64,000 nucleotides of DNA from Octopus vulgaris. Lineage: Eukaryota. The stretch covers positions 12,276,001 through 12,340,000 of the forward strand of contig OX597825.1 of NCBI GenBank assembly GCA_951406725.2, in the 5' to 3' direction. Under the pieces are notes generated by a model, which was given only the letters and a program-made list of their open reading frames with translations, was not told where the DNA came from and did not search any database. The position numbers were made by a program, and so were the translations under genes. This document shows, in pieces, positions 26,678 to 42,431 of the stretch. Each line of letters begins with the position of its first letter. Position 1 is the stretch's first letter.

Positions 26678-27220
26678 TGGCTGTATGCGTATGTTTGTGC
26701 CTTTGTGAGTACAAATAGTCATATATAATCCATGTACGAGCACACACAAACATACATTATATTAGACAGTTCATCAAATAGTAATACTGTGACCAAAGTC
26801 CCTTTCTTCATTGACCAGGCAATGTTCAAGCTAAAAATAAACCACATCAATCTCAGCAAATTGAAACAATCTCCAGAAGATGAATGCTGTATAAGATTCG
26901 CTACGCCTCCAAACCCTGCGCAAAAAGTAAACGCCTTTTATTGAACAGAAAATTATAATCCGTTTGGGGTTCTCCTCTATTATAAGTATAATCACCCCAA
27001 AGATTTACGCTCTGTTTCCCGTAAGTATTTGCCACAAATTGCATAATCAATTTAGTTCCTCACATCAGTAAGAGTTTAGTTTAGCAAAACAAACAAAATC
27101 CTGAAAATATTTCCTCTTCGATAAATATAAAAAGACAAACGTGGTTACGAAGATAAGGTAAGACCACGAGACGAAATAAACAGGTGTTGCAATACACTAA
27201 GAATAATTACTACATGAAAT

Positions 27221-27489
<269 letters not shown>

Positions 27490-29209
27490 TAGATTACATT
27501 TGAATACGTTCAATTGAATTGTTCAGACGCTGGAAAAGATTATTGTCGATTTTAATCCGAGAACTGGGAAGCCAAATTAATGGTATTTATACCGGTGCAG
27601 TTACGCTTCTAACAATCATATCACTTAAAAACAGGACATATTAAGTACTACAGAAATCCTTTCGAGCCACTTTCAGAATAGGTCATAACATTTTAAGAGT
27701 TAAAACGTCACTCATCGTTAGTACAACAGATAAAACTCTTAGTCTATTTCTTGTGTGCTTTTAACATAAGCTTCCATTGTTTTAGGCCTTTATTTACAAA
27801 TATTGTGGACTCCAAAAGCTAATCAGGAAATAGAACTACATTCAATAGTAGAAATGAAAATACATTTCTATGTATTTATTTTTATGGTTTATTTTCCATA
27901 CTGTAAATTCTCCACATTCTCATCAACAGAATCATGTTTATATGAACTATGAATGTAGGTGACTCGGTATAATACTGATGAAGTTTCTCGCTCAGATTGG
28001 GTATAATATATGGAATAAGAAAAAAGTATACGACACACCCTGGTATAAACTATTAATTATTAATGACAGAGAATTTCTAGCTGTGTAGACATTTTGTCTG
28101 TTGATTAGACATGCCAAGATCATAGTCTATATGTGTAGGCTTTTCATTTCTATGTAATACTATCAATGTTTGAACTCAGAATCTGACTTATTGATTGGCT
28201 TCTGATATGATATAGAACGTCTTAGCAATTACTCTTGCAGCCTCTGTTTATTTTTCATTTAATATCTGCCTCGCTTTGATGTGAAAATTGTAAATTTCCT
28301 ATTTTCGTCATCAACTGTCCACCATGTTTTGTGATCTATTGTCGAAACTGTTCTTCTATTTATCTTCAGCACCAAAACAAGTCTAAAAATAATTTATTTG
28401 ATAAAATAACATTTATTATCTACAAAACTGTCAACTATTTTTACTTTGAGGAAAGAACACACTCTGGAACAATTTTGTACGTAGCTAAAGCACATTTCTC
28501 TGATCAAGGAAATGACTGTCCGTAGTGTTATAAATTCTCTCGGAGAATTAACTGGGAACATCTCTTCAAAGTAACTGTTTTCGGTATTAACCATGTTATT
28601 CATCTAACTTTTGAAATATGTCTGATATTGAGTTTAAAGATTGTTTCAAAGAAACTTCAGAATGTGCTTTGCGACTTTTACATCAGAATGTAATTAAATT
28701 TTCGTCATGGTTTCCACTCTTACATAATATAAAGTCTTCATACGAAATAACTGACGAGTCACCATTTGCAATCTGCTCTTAGAAATAATAGCTAAGACTT
28801 CCTCAAATTACACCCGATTTCCCAAAGGAAGTAAATATACATTGGGTAATGTAGTCGATAAAAGGAAGGGGCGGTAATTTCTAGAGTTCATTTGGTGAAA
28901 CCTTTGGTCATCCATGTTTATATGGGATTAAAAAAAATAAATGAAGATTTTGGTAATTTTCAATTTAGGTTCAGGATACGAAATATTTCTTGCAAAACAG
29001 AAATTAAATTCTCTGATATTACCTATAAATAGTTTATATTCAAAACTGAATACCATAGCCAGCATAACAACGAGGTAGCTTTTACATGTCCACTCGACCT
29101 GCTAGGCATATCAGCCTCATATCATCATATCATTCAGTGTATATTTCCAGATCTCAGAAGCTGACGACAAATTACAAGGCAGAAGAAAAAAACTTTCATT
29201 CTACATCTA

Positions 29210-29292
<83 letters not shown>

Positions 29293-29640
29293 GACTGTAC
29301 ATGCAGGACGATTAGAAAATCTCAGTCGGGAATATATTACCAATTCAATTAAACATACATCGAAACAACGATGTATATCTAGGTCCAATAAATACTCAGA
29401 AAATTAGATTTTTTTCATACTTTTATTAGGATTTAAGGTGAGTAAATGATTGTGACACTGTAATGGTTATCGCAATTGTTGCCGTTATTACAATCATCGT
29501 TAACATTGCTATTATCATCAGAACCCTCATTAATTTCCACCGTGTCACATCCGCTGTTATTTACGTCACGTTGCATTTAACAGTATTTTAAGCACACTCA
29601 CGCGTGAACGCCATAAAAAATCACACAAATATATATATAC

Positions 29641-29712
<72 letters not shown>

Positions 29713-29934
29713 ATATGTATAGATAGATAGAAATATAGACAGATACGTAGATAGCTAGATAGATGTATAGATAGATATACATAATTATATATATATATAG
29801 CACATCATATACCTTCACAAATATATGCATGCAACAGTAGGAAAAAACTCTTCAATGCCTGCCTCACATAATTTTCTGTATACAAACATAAAATATTTAT
29901 TTATGTATTTAATATTGATAGTTTATGAAATTTC

Positions 29935-30297
<363 letters not shown>

Positions 30298-31302
30298 AAG
30301 CGCACATTGCAACCCGAATACATATTGTAAAGCAGTAGATTTTAATTCTTTTAGAGAAATAAAATTTATCATTTCATTAGTCATCTGCTATTTTTTTTTA
30401 TTCTGACGTTTCATTCAATTTTTCGTGTTATTTAAGCAACTGCAGTTTAATTCAACATGCAAATAGAATATTATTTCCTTCCATTAGCAAATATTTAGCT
30501 TCTTTTTCGCATATATAGTTTGTGTTTTCATTATAATAATGTACATGCAACATGGATTGCTTTGCAATAACCATACTGATGCCGAGCATTTATTTAATTT
30601 GAATTTTTAATGTACATAACAGTATATATTTTCAACGATAAGTTTACATTTGTTATTCCCCCATCGATTTTATTTTTCATAGAATATCTGCAGCTTGCCA
30701 TTATTTTTAAAGAATCCTTAATGTTTCAGGATCAATACACATGTGATAGCTGATGATAAAGGCAACTTTTTTTTTAATAAATCTGAGGAATACAACAGTT
30801 CAAGACACCATTAATCATTATCATTATAGTCGTGGTTAGCATCATCACTACCAATACTGTCGTTCCTATTGGCATCGTTGTAGTCTAGTACACTTCCGAA
30901 TCGTTAACAGTATTAATTTTAAGATCTTCAATATCAACAAGCACGTATCTATAAAGGAGCATTGAATTATCCTCACGGTCTACTCAGTAAAGCAGTGATT
31001 AACGATATCTCTCTCAACAGATTACCTAATTCCCTTGAAATTAGCATCAATGTACTTTAAGATCTTTATTTTAAGAGAGCGATACCACTGCTGAATAAGG
31101 TGATAATTGTTTTAAATTTTGGCAGATGGCCAGCAATCTTCGTGTGTAGGAATAAATCAATTACACTGAGTGTAATGTTCGACTAATGCCTTATTTTATC
31201 GACGCCAAAATGATGAAAGAGCAAACATGGCTATAGCTGGATTTGAACTTACAACGTAAAACACCGGGAGGATTGACACGAGGCCTTTTGTCTGACGTGC
31301 TG

Positions 31303-31363
<61 letters not shown>

Positions 31364-31367
31364 CACA

Positions 31368-31401
<34 letters not shown>

Positions 31402-31820
31402 GTCGACTATTTTTCCCTGGGTGCATGTTGCTGCTTCTAGGTGTTTCTTTTTTTACTGATGCACATCAGTACAATGCTGTCTGCGAACCAGTTGTTGTAG
31501 AAAGGTCAGCTGGGATAGCAAATTTGGCTCTACGACCAATAATTTTTACAATTTGCGTTGATTATATTGCGTGTCTCCTGGTCGTTTAAGGATACCGAGA
31601 AGTATTGCACTGAATTCAGGGTCCTATATAAAAAAAACTCCCTAGCCGTAAAATCGCCCTCACCGTTCATTTTGTTGTCGCTATTCAGGTTTTTGCTTCT
31701 GTTGATGCTGTTATTAGCGCACTGGCTGTTTGTGCTATCTTTACTGGTATTGTTCCTGCTAGCATCCATGTTGATTGTTTTTGTTTTCACGGTGATAAAG
31801 ACGTTTCCCCTACTATTACA

Positions 31821-32159
31821 TATTTCTTTATTACCCACAAGGGGCTGAACATAGAGGGGACAAACAAGGACAGACATAGGTATTAAGTCGATTACATCGA
31901 CCCCAGTGCGTAACTGGTACTTAATTTATCGACCCCGAAAGGATGAAAGGCAAAGTCGACCTCGGCGGAATTTGAACTCAGAATGTAGCGGCAGACGAAA
32001 TACCTATTTCTTTACTACCCACAAGGGGCTAAACACAGAGAGGACAAACAATGACAGACAAAGTCGACCTCGGCGGAATTTGAACTCAGAACGTAACGGC
32101 AGACGAAATATCGCTAAGCATTTCGTCCGGCGCGCTAACGTTTCTGCCAGCTCACCGCC
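31821..32159 (-). mobile_element. SINE family B dimer (internal deletion in one monomer)
   Basis: Two units are joined at gaaatacctatttc (31997-32010); TSD about ctattaca. Confidence 0.9.
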
Positions 32160-32569
32160 TATTACAACGGCGTCGCTAACATTGCTGTCATTGTTGTTGT
32201 TGTTATTTATGTGTCCGCGCCGCTTCTTAACAGGAACCATGCGTCGCTCTGTATTATAACATAATGCGGGAGTAAATTTTCTGGTTGAATTTAGTATTGA
32301 GAGAAATCACTTCTCTCCCTGCCTTTTGCTGAATCTGATAACAAGCATTAGGGATACCGTAATTGAGAAAATTAAAACAAACGAGAGCAAATACATTGTA
32401 ACAAAGGCTGTGCCCTTTAGGTTACAATTTGGCAGTCCCTCTCTTTACTTAACGAAATGGATGTCCTTGGGGCCAAGATTTAACAGAAATTCACAACGTC
32501 GTTTAATAAATGTTTTTTCAAAAAAAGATTAACAAACATTTGGAAGTAAACAGGACGTACACTACTTCT

Positions 32570-33073
32570 GAACTTAACTGATTGGAAGGCTTATCATGTA
32601 CATAGCTTTTTTTCTTGATAGAACAGATGGGCTGTAGTAAATATTCTGCTTAATAACAGAAATATGCTTGTCAGATGTTTGACCTGAAACAGTTGAGGAT
32701 ATCACTTGGTGGCTGACAATATGTGCTTCTCCGATCAAGAACAGAAGTAGAAGGAGAATATCATAGCTATGTGTTGAGAAGAATTATATGGTGTTTGGCT
32801 AATTCACCTTTGGAAACACGGGTGTTTCCTTCATCATCCTTAAAAAAACCTTAATCAGGGACCTTTTGAGCGGGATGTTCTACTGAAGTCGAAGAAATTT
32901 CTAACTGGGCCTCCACCTGCTAGGTCATGCACTGTTTATCTCGATATAAGATCACCATGTCGCGGACACATGATTGTGATGCACGTACCTGGTGTACCCT
33001 TATCAGACAGGTAGTCATGATGGGTATATTAGGTTTTGTGTAATTGTACCCCAGTGTCACTGCTCTCTCACTC
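32570..33073 (+). mobile_element. Older copy of the ~550-bp (AAT)n-tailed non-coding repeat
   Basis: Aligns with 36725-37242 and ends gctctctcactc-aataacaat. Confidence 0.85.
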
Positions 33074-34054
33074 AATAACAATAGCAATAACGATAATGTT
33101 ACTACTACTACTACTACTACTACTAGTATTTGTGCGTCTTCCAAATTTTTTTTCAAAAAAGATACATATCCTTGAAACCAAATCTATCTTGTTGAGGCCG
33201 TTACCGTTGTGTATTGAGTATACCTTCTGCAAGTCGCCCAACGATTGCTTCAAACCTTCCGTGGAATGGTAACGATTTTTGGACGGGCTAACGAAAAGTA
33301 AACTGAACAAATATATTTATGAACCTGGGATACATATTTCTCCTTCCATTCTCTGTTGCAGAAAAACATTGCACGTTTTATTACCGTTTAACAATTGATT
33401 CTTTTCAAAGCACACCTTTAAAAATTTGTTTTTGATACTTATTGCAATTTGCCTCACCTTCATAATTTCGTTATAGAAAACAAGAGCGGATGAAACTCTA
33501 AAATTGAAGTAATATCAAAGGAGGTTTAACATTTTATAACCTTATGAGAAAAACAAACTGAAACCCGTAACGAGATAACAACAATAAGTGGTAAAGCTTA
33601 AAGCTTAGATGTTTCAATTGAATCTGCTTCAAATGGCTTTTAAAATCAAGGGGAATGTATATCTAGGAGATATTATTTAAAACAGCGTTGCTCTTATGGG
33701 ATAACAATATTGCTTCCGTTATTTGGAATACAATCAACGCATGTGTGGTATATTCATAAATACGATGCCCCATCTGTTAGGTTTATCATGAAAACAAAAA
33801 CATCTCTGAAACAAGGATTTCTTCTGAAATAAGATAATGAGAGCAGGGAAGGTGTGTTAATTGAGGCACAGATTATAATAAATTGTGGTTACATACGTAT
33901 TACAAATATCTCTATTTATCTATAATAGGAAACTGAGAGAGGATGATAGGCTGACAGTGTTACACATAATGTGTATAATATATGATGTGATGTAATTTCA
34001 ATGTAAACTAAGGAACGAAATTATATGAACAGAAGAGATGTGGATATTTGCTGA

Positions 34055-34271
34055 TAGGAGGGGTGTTGAAAGCATCCTGGCTTTAACGGTGTCTCGAAAT
34101 GCCTGGTTAGAGGCCCAAACTTTCGAGTTTTTTCACTGTGTTTAGAAAAGCTGAAGGACCACTGTTTTAAATGTGGGAATCTGAGAGGGGATTATGTTGT
34201 ATAAAGTTATAAATGACTGATCCTACAGTATTTTCTTTCACCTAAAGCTAGGAAATTTTCATTCAGTGTTC
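34055..34271 (+). mobile_element. Mariner-derived MITE
   Basis: Imperfect inverted termini (34067-34084 vs 34244-34261). The internal LEKLKDHCFKCGNLRGDYVV* resembles the mariner C-terminus. A second partial copy is at 61578. Confidence 0.7.
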
Positions 34272-34925
34272 AGGAAATATTTTCAATATCCGGAATGTGT
34301 CGATCTTGACTTACGATAATACGAAACCATGTACGTATTATTTACTGAGATACATTTACTGAGTCATCCTCTGTAAAGATCAGTGTCCATTTTTCACTCT
34401 GCGAAACAAAGATTTGTAAAGGGTCCACATGTATTGCGTCGAGTACTGTATAACTTAATGCTGTATAATTGTAAAATCTAAATTGAATAACATTATAGAA
34501 AGAAAAAAGACAATAACCCGGCATTAATAGCATTATTCGCTCGTCTTCTCCAGCATATCAGTCCCGGTTGAGCTGTTTTAATCTGATTAACTAATTACTC
34601 TTTGCACCATCGGTTTTATGAAATATGCCAACGTATAAACAACACTCAAATGGATCAACATACCTGTCTTTATGGTGTTAAAATTTCGGTAAAACGCCTA
34701 GAATAAAAACAGAGGAAAAAGTTGTGAATAGAGAAAATGGGATATGCGGCACAAAAGTATTAGATAATTCCAAACAATACACTAAGCCGAAGGACTGTAA
34801 ACATGTGGCTATTGTAATGCATCATTTTTAAAGAGCGTTGGATAACTACATCATCTGATTAAGAAGAATATACATAAATGAGTTAACAAAGTTTGAATGC
34901 CCGTATATCCGAGGTAAATAGTTTC

Positions 34926-35342
34926 TTATTTCTTTATTACCCACAAAGGGCTAAACACAGAGAGGACAAACAAGGACAGACAAACGGATTAAGTCGATTA
35001 GATCGACCCCAGTACGTAGATGGTACTTAATTTATCGACCCCGAAATGATGAAAGGCAAAGTCGACCTCAGCAAAATTTGAACTCAGAACGTAACGGCAC
35101 ACGAAATACCTATTTCTTTACTACCCACAAGGGGCTAAACACAGAGGGGACAAACAAGGACAGACAAACGGATTAAGTCGATTATATCGACCCCACTGCG
35201 TAACTGGTACTTAATTTATCGACCCCGATAGGATGAAAGGCAATGTCGACCTCGGCGGAATTTGAACTCAGAACGTAACGGCAGACGAAATATCGCTAAG
35301 CATTTCGCCCGGCGCGCTAACGATTCCGCCAGCTCGCCGCCT
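34926..35342 (-). mobile_element. SINE family B dimer
   Basis: A full monomer plus a head-less monomer; junction gaaatacctatttc at 35103-35116. Confidence 0.93.
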
Positions 35343-35883
35343 TTATTTTTCTTTTTTTTAATTGTTCCATAATAGAAGTAACTGAAGCCAACATGAAGTT
35401 GGAGACGTGTTGCTAAATATGGAGTTGATTTAGCAATGGCAAGTCAGAGTATAAATGATTAACATTTATATATACTCAGAGTTCCATTGCTTAGTGTTAC
35501 ATTGCTCCGGGGTAAATACTTTCTAATGATCAATTTCATATGATTGAATATTAGATGTAAAATTATAGATTAACTACGTAAAATTTAAATTTTGCCTAGA
35601 AATCTATAAAGTGTTCGCCATATATTGAGACTGACTCTTAAAAGTTGGCTCTGGATATTTTAATCTGTTGAACTATTCTGACAAGAACCAAATGACAATT
35701 GCCAATACAAATGATTCATTTTACCTTAATTGCCTTGATTTTAGGTAATAATGTTACATGAGCCTCACAGCAAACAATTTTGCTAATCACGAATATATAA
35801 CCTAATGTAAAACTAGGAATATGAGCAGACAAAAAGGCATTCCTCGAGCGAGTTTTATTTCCGACCAGAAACAGTTTCATTAT

Positions 35884-36269
35884 GTGTGGAAGCACTCCGT
35901 CGGTTACGACGACGAGGGTTCCGGTTGATCCGAATCAACGGAACAGCCTGCTCGTGAAATTAACGTGTAAGTGGCTGAGCACTCCACAGACACGTGTACC
36001 CTTTAACGTAGTTCTCGGGGATATTCAGCGTGACACAGAAAGTGACAAGGCCGGTCCTTGAAATACAGGTAGAACAGAAACAGGAAGTAAGAGTGAGAGA
36101 AAGTTGAGGTGAAGGAGTACAGCAGGGATCACCACCATCCCCTGCCGGAGCCTCGTGGAGCTTTAGGTGTTTTCGCTCAATAAACACTCACAATGCCCGA
36201 TCTGGGAATAGAAACCGCGGTCCTATGACCGCGAGTCTGCTGCCCCAACCACTGGGCCATTGCGCCTCC
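35884..36269 (-). mobile_element. tRNA-derived SINE family C, full length, with TSD
   Basis: Head ggaggcgcaatggcccagtggttggggc (A-box) and a B-box-like ggtttctattcc; TSD agtttcattat at 35873-35883 and 36270-36280. Confidence 0.92.
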
Positions 36270-36580
36270 AGTTTCATTATATACGCGGAAGTAATATCAT
36301 TTTATCGAAGCTGAAATAATTCAGAGCAAAATAGTCTCTGATTCCTATCGTTTAGGAAAATCAGATTTTTTTTTTTTTAAAGGAACACAATTATTTATAA
36401 TATCTGTAAAATATATGTGGGCAGTTGAGTGGCACTTAATTTTATTACGAAAGAATGAAGGACAAATCTAACGTACGCGGAATTTGAAATGAGGGAACAC
36501 AATGCCGGAACAAACGCAACAAGGAATTTTGTACGACGATGTTACAACGATTTGACCATAGTCCTGAATGATAAGAACGG

Positions 36581-36629
<49 letters not shown>

Positions 36630-36636
36630 GCTGCTG

Positions 36637-36683
<47 letters not shown>

Positions 36684-36689
36684 TAATAA

Positions 36690-37241
36690 CCTGATGCAGT
36701 ACCAGGCAGTGGCTCTCATGGCTTCTGATCTTAACTGATTGGAAGTGTTATCATGTACATTGTTTTGTCTTGGTATAAAAGATGGGCTACAGCAAATATT
36801 CTGCTCAATACCACAGATTTGCTTGTCAGTTGTTTGACCTTAACCAGTTGAGCATGTCCCTTAGTGGCTGACGATATGTGCATCTCTGATCACGAGCAGA
36901 AGTAGTGGGGGAGCATCATAGCCATGTGTTGAGAGGGATTCTTTGGGGTTTGAATAGTTCACCTCTGGAAACATGGGTGGTTCTTTCAACATCCTTAAAC
37001 AACCCTTATTCAGGGACCGTTTGAGCGGGATGAGCTACTCAACCTGAAGAAAATTCTAACTGGGCCCCACCTGCAAGGTCATGTGCTGTTTATCTTGATA
37101 TGAGATCACCATGTCGCGCACATATGGTTGTGATGCATGTGCCTGGTGTACCCTTATCAGACGGGTAGTCATGATGGGTATATTGGGTTTCGTATATTTT
37201 ACCCCAGTGTCACTTTGATGGCATGAACTGCTCTCTCACTC

Positions 37242-37242
<1 letters not shown>
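36690..37242 (+). mobile_element. Longest copy of the ~550-bp non-coding repeat, embedded in (AAT)n
   Basis: (AAT)n lies on both sides and two other copies occur in the window. It has no long ORF and no tRNA head. Confidence 0.88.
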
Positions 37243-38345
<1,103 letters not shown>

Positions 38346-38518
38346 AGTAGCAATCAAGCCTTTAATGTGATAGCAATTTATCAACTGCATCCCAGCATAA
38401 CGAGCACCCCGTCGCCCCGCCTTCCCATCGGCAGCAATTTCATCAACAGTCGAGAACATCCATTATTTTTCAGGCTATGATAATTTGCATGAGATATCAG
38501 CGAACGTTTATGGAATGA

Positions 38519-38534
38519 GCCACCAGATGGCACT
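38519..38534 (+). promoter_or_regulatory. Candidate CTCF binding site
   Basis: gCCACCAGATGGCACt matches the CCASYAGRKGGCRS consensus; motif match only. Confidence 0.35.
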
Positions 38535-38861
38535 TTATGTATTCACAGATGTCTTTCCTTAGAATTCCCGATGGGGAAAACGGAAGTTAGGCGAACCGCT
38601 TGTTATGAAACAAAAAGAAATAGAATATGGAGTAAAAAAAAAAGAAAAAAAAAAAAAGAAAGATGGATGTTGATAAAGCTAGCGATAACATTAACCACAA
38701 AAGACTATTAGGATTGCTGCGCTAATTCGTTCTGGCAGTAATGCAGTTTTTTTTTGCTGCTGCCACCGCGGCTGCTGCTGCTGCTGTTATGCTGCAATTA
38801 AGCGATGACTTCTTATGTATGTTTTTCTTGTTTAACAACAAATAAAGGCGCTGGAAATATA

Positions 38862-39245
<384 letters not shown>

Positions 39246-39247
39246 TA

Positions 39248-39500
39248 AATAAATGCACCCTTTTAAAGCCTAGCCAGGCTGATGGGCCTGGTTTCAAGGC
39301 TTCTATGGCGTATGTGTTCCTCAGCATGGACGGGACGCCAGTCCAACGCAGCGTTACTCATTTTTGCCAGCTGAGTGGACTGGAGCAACGTGACATGAAG
39401 TGCTTTGCTGAAGAACACAATGCGCGCCCGGTCCAGGAATCGAAACCACAATCTTACGATAATGGTGTTGACACCTTACCCACTAATCCACGCACCTCCA
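39248..39500 (-). mobile_element. tRNA-derived SINE family D (Meta-like + V-like domains)
   Basis: Minus strand: ggtttcgattcctggacc (B-box), gttgctccagtccactcagctggcaaaaatgagt and ggactggcgtcccgtcca. Confidence 0.8.
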
Positions 39501-39529
39501 CAATAATAATAATAATTATTATAATGATC

Positions 39530-39732
39530 CCTTCTACTATAGGCATAAGACCTGACATTTGGGGAGGGGAGGTGAGTCCATTACATCGACCCCTGTGCGT
39601 AACTGGTACTTATTTAATCGACTCTGAAGCCCTGAAATGCAAAGTTGACCTCGGCTGAATTTGAACTCAGAACGTACCTGCAGACGAAATACCACTAAGC
39701 ACTTCTTCCGCCGTGCTAACGATTCTACCGTC
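39530..39732 (-). mobile_element. SINE family B copy with the older tail type
   Basis: Family B head and core, with the tail ggtcttatgcctatagtagaagg. Confidence 0.82.
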
Positions 39733-39769
39733 TTACTGATAATGATGATGATAATAATCAAGTCGAAGA

Positions 39770-40665
39770 ATGAAGGGAAGAATACAGAGATAGATATAAA
39801 TTGGGTGGGGGGATATATTAATAAAGTGATAGAAACCAAAAAGAATTATACCACGGTATACACTGGAAAAGAAGGGACATATCCATAGCATACAAAAGTA
39901 AAAAAAGTGAGGAAGATGATAGAGATGTGGCCCTCCTGATACAGGACGAACCCCACTGTCTGAGAGTCCCTGAAACCCTAGGAGTCAGTGCCCTATACAA
40001 TTCCTTCTCTCCGACTCACAGGTCTACATTTATAAGGGTACCACCACTCTTACCATTTTAACAACTTTCACCCACCTTTCAATAAACTCACTCGAGGACA
40101 GCATTTCCATCTCCCCTTTCAATTTTGTTTTCAGGTTAAACTTGAAAAAGTAAATGAGAGATCTACCAAAGAGGGATGCATCTGTCCTCGTGCCTTTCAT
40201 CAACCCTGAAATATTTGGAAAACCTGAAACCACTGCCATAAAACAAGCAAAGTGGATCAAATCGACTGCCAAAAAAAAACGGACAGAAACAAATTGAGGA
40301 GTGGTGGAGTCGGAAACCTCTGCATGGACAATATATACCTCGACGTCGAAATGGCGATACATAGACCAAGCAACAACCCATCAGTAGTTGCGATGTTCAA
40401 TACTAAAAGCAGACTGAAGTTTTCATATTAGCGGCACAATATCCAAGCTTCCTTACCAAAGCTAACGTTCTTCAAAACTCTTCTTACCCTAAATGCATAT
40501 CTTGCGACACATTTGACGTATCGGAAAATGATCAGTGCAGAATTTGTGAATAAAATGGTGAAACCGTTTGGTATGTTACCAGTCAATGTAAGCCAATAGC
40601 CCAGAAAGAATATAAGAGACGTCATGGCAATATTGCAAGGATTGTCCATTGGACACTTTGCAACC
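39770..40665 (-). mobile_element. Probable Tx1/L1-clade LINE 3' fragment, decayed
   Basis: FFKFNLKTKLKGEMEMLSSSEFIERWVKV resembles Tx1-type ORF2 C-termini, followed by a pyrimidine-rich 3' UTR. The zinc knuckle is too degraded to confirm. Confidence 0.5.
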
Positions 40666-40679
40666 TTATGATAATGATG

Positions 40680-40760
<81 letters not shown>

Positions 40761-40761
<1 letters not shown>

Positions 40762-41885
40762 AGCTGGAAAACTACTATAAAATAACCACCATAGGACTGC
40801 AAAAATATCTACTTCAGAAGGAAGGAAAACTGATCCAGATAGCGGCAAAACACGAGCAAAACAAAAAACTGTTCTCAGTATTTAAGGAAGCTGACAAATA
40901 CAAACAAGAAATCATACCACCTAATAAACATGAAGAAGAAGAAGATGAAGAAACAACAAAAGCTATAAAACAAATGAAATCCAAACTAAAAATAGAACAG
41001 CAACGAACCATGATAAAACGATGGCAAGAAAAGCCCCTTCATGGTAAATACTGGACTAAACTAAACGCAAAAGAAATAGACAAAGAAAAATCCCAGCAAT
41101 GGTTGAGAAGCTCAGGACTCAAAGCAGGAACAGAGGGATTTTTAATTGCAGCACAAGACCAAAGCCTCCCCACCAGAAATTACCAAAAACATGTAATGAA
41201 AAGAAATATTACAAGTAACTGCAGAATATGTGGAGATGGACAAGAAACAATAAATCATATTATCTCTAGCTGCCCAGTCCTGGCTAAGAAGGAATATATT
41301 CACAGACATGACAGAGTTGGAACCTACATACATTGGAAGCTATGCCAACATTATGGAATAACAACAGAAAAAAGATGGTATAGGCACACACCAGAAAAGG
41401 TCACAGAAAACGAGAAAGCAACCATACTCTGGGATATGCCGATACACACAGATAGAGAAATTAAGGCCAACAGACCAGATATAGTTGTCAGAGACCATGA
41501 AGAAAAAAATGCTTTCTAATTGATGTATCAATACCAGCTGATGACAACGTGTCTCTAAAAGAAAGGGAGAAACTCTCAAAATACAAAGACCTGGAAATAG
41601 AGGTAACTAGAATGTGGAATCTGAAAACAGAAACAATTCCTATCATAGTAGGTGCATTAGGCATGATAAAAAAATATTCAGACAAATACATAACAAAAAC
41701 ACCAGGACTTACAAACACATATAACATACAGAAAATTGCACTACTAGGCACTGCACACATCCTACGCAGAACACTTTCCATACAATAACCATCAGAGCAT
41801 CACAACAAATCACAGCACATACCCAAGGCACACAGAGCTGCGCTCGGTAGTGAAGTGAAAGCACGCTATAAAAATAAAACTACTG
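40761..41885 (+). mobile_element. Young 5'-truncated R4/Dong-clade LINE (thumb, CCHC knuckle, REL endonuclease, 3' UTR) in (TAA)n
   Basis: WQEKPLHGKY, IAAQDQSLPTRNY, CRICGDGQETINHIISSC, NRPDIVV..(frameshift in the A-run at ~41503-41509)..CFLIDVSIP, KLSKYKDL and ALLGTAHILRRTL*; (TAA)n on both sides. Confidence 0.96.
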
Positions 41886-41907
41886 AATAATAATATAATA
41901 ATAATAA

Positions 41908-42250
41908 ATTGAGAAAATGTGGCATCCCAAGGCGGTTACAATACCAGTGATCGTAGGAGCACTAGGAATGATCAAGAAGGGAACCGAAAATTTTATGATA
42001 ATGATCCCTGGCTTACCATCCCTGCAAGAAGTGCAAAAGATTGCCTTAACTGGTACATCACACGTTTTGAGAAGAGCATTGTCGCTGTGAGAACTATTAC
42101 TACCCATGTAGTGATAGTTTTTTAACTTAAAAAAAAATGAACGGACTATTGAGTTTAGTTTAATGGCCAACCAATATATACTATGAGTTTCTTTGCCCTA
42201 GGAGTCGGGAAGACACTCGGCAAGAAATGGAAGCAAATTTGAAAGAAGAA
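41908..42250 (+). mobile_element. Second R4/Dong-family 3' fragment
   Basis: IEKMWHPKAVTIPVIVGALGMIKK...QKIALTGTSHVLRRALSL*, then a 3' UTR and (GAA)(TAA)n. Confidence 0.9.
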
Positions 42251-42298
42251 GATAATAATAATAATAATTATAATAATAATAATAATAATGATAATATA

Positions 42299-42336
<38 letters not shown>

Positions 42337-42367
42337 GATAATAATGATAATAAAAATAACAATAATG

Positions 42368-42431
<64 letters not shown>

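Noticed and set aside
26870-26910. cagaagatgaat...attcgctac resembling a hammerhead core
   Set aside because: Both conserved boxes are mismatched and there is no stem I.
31430-31620. Possible further Dong-like 3' remnant on the minus strand
   Set aside because: Only vague similarity, with no diagnostic motif.
33130-33330. Possible Tc1/mariner-superfamily C-terminal remnant (HSTEGLKQSL)
   Set aside because: Too short and degraded to support.
36200-36269. tRNA-like sequence (also the heads of SINE families A, B and D)
   Set aside because: These are SINE heads contiguous with SINE bodies and TSDs, with no complete cloverleaf.
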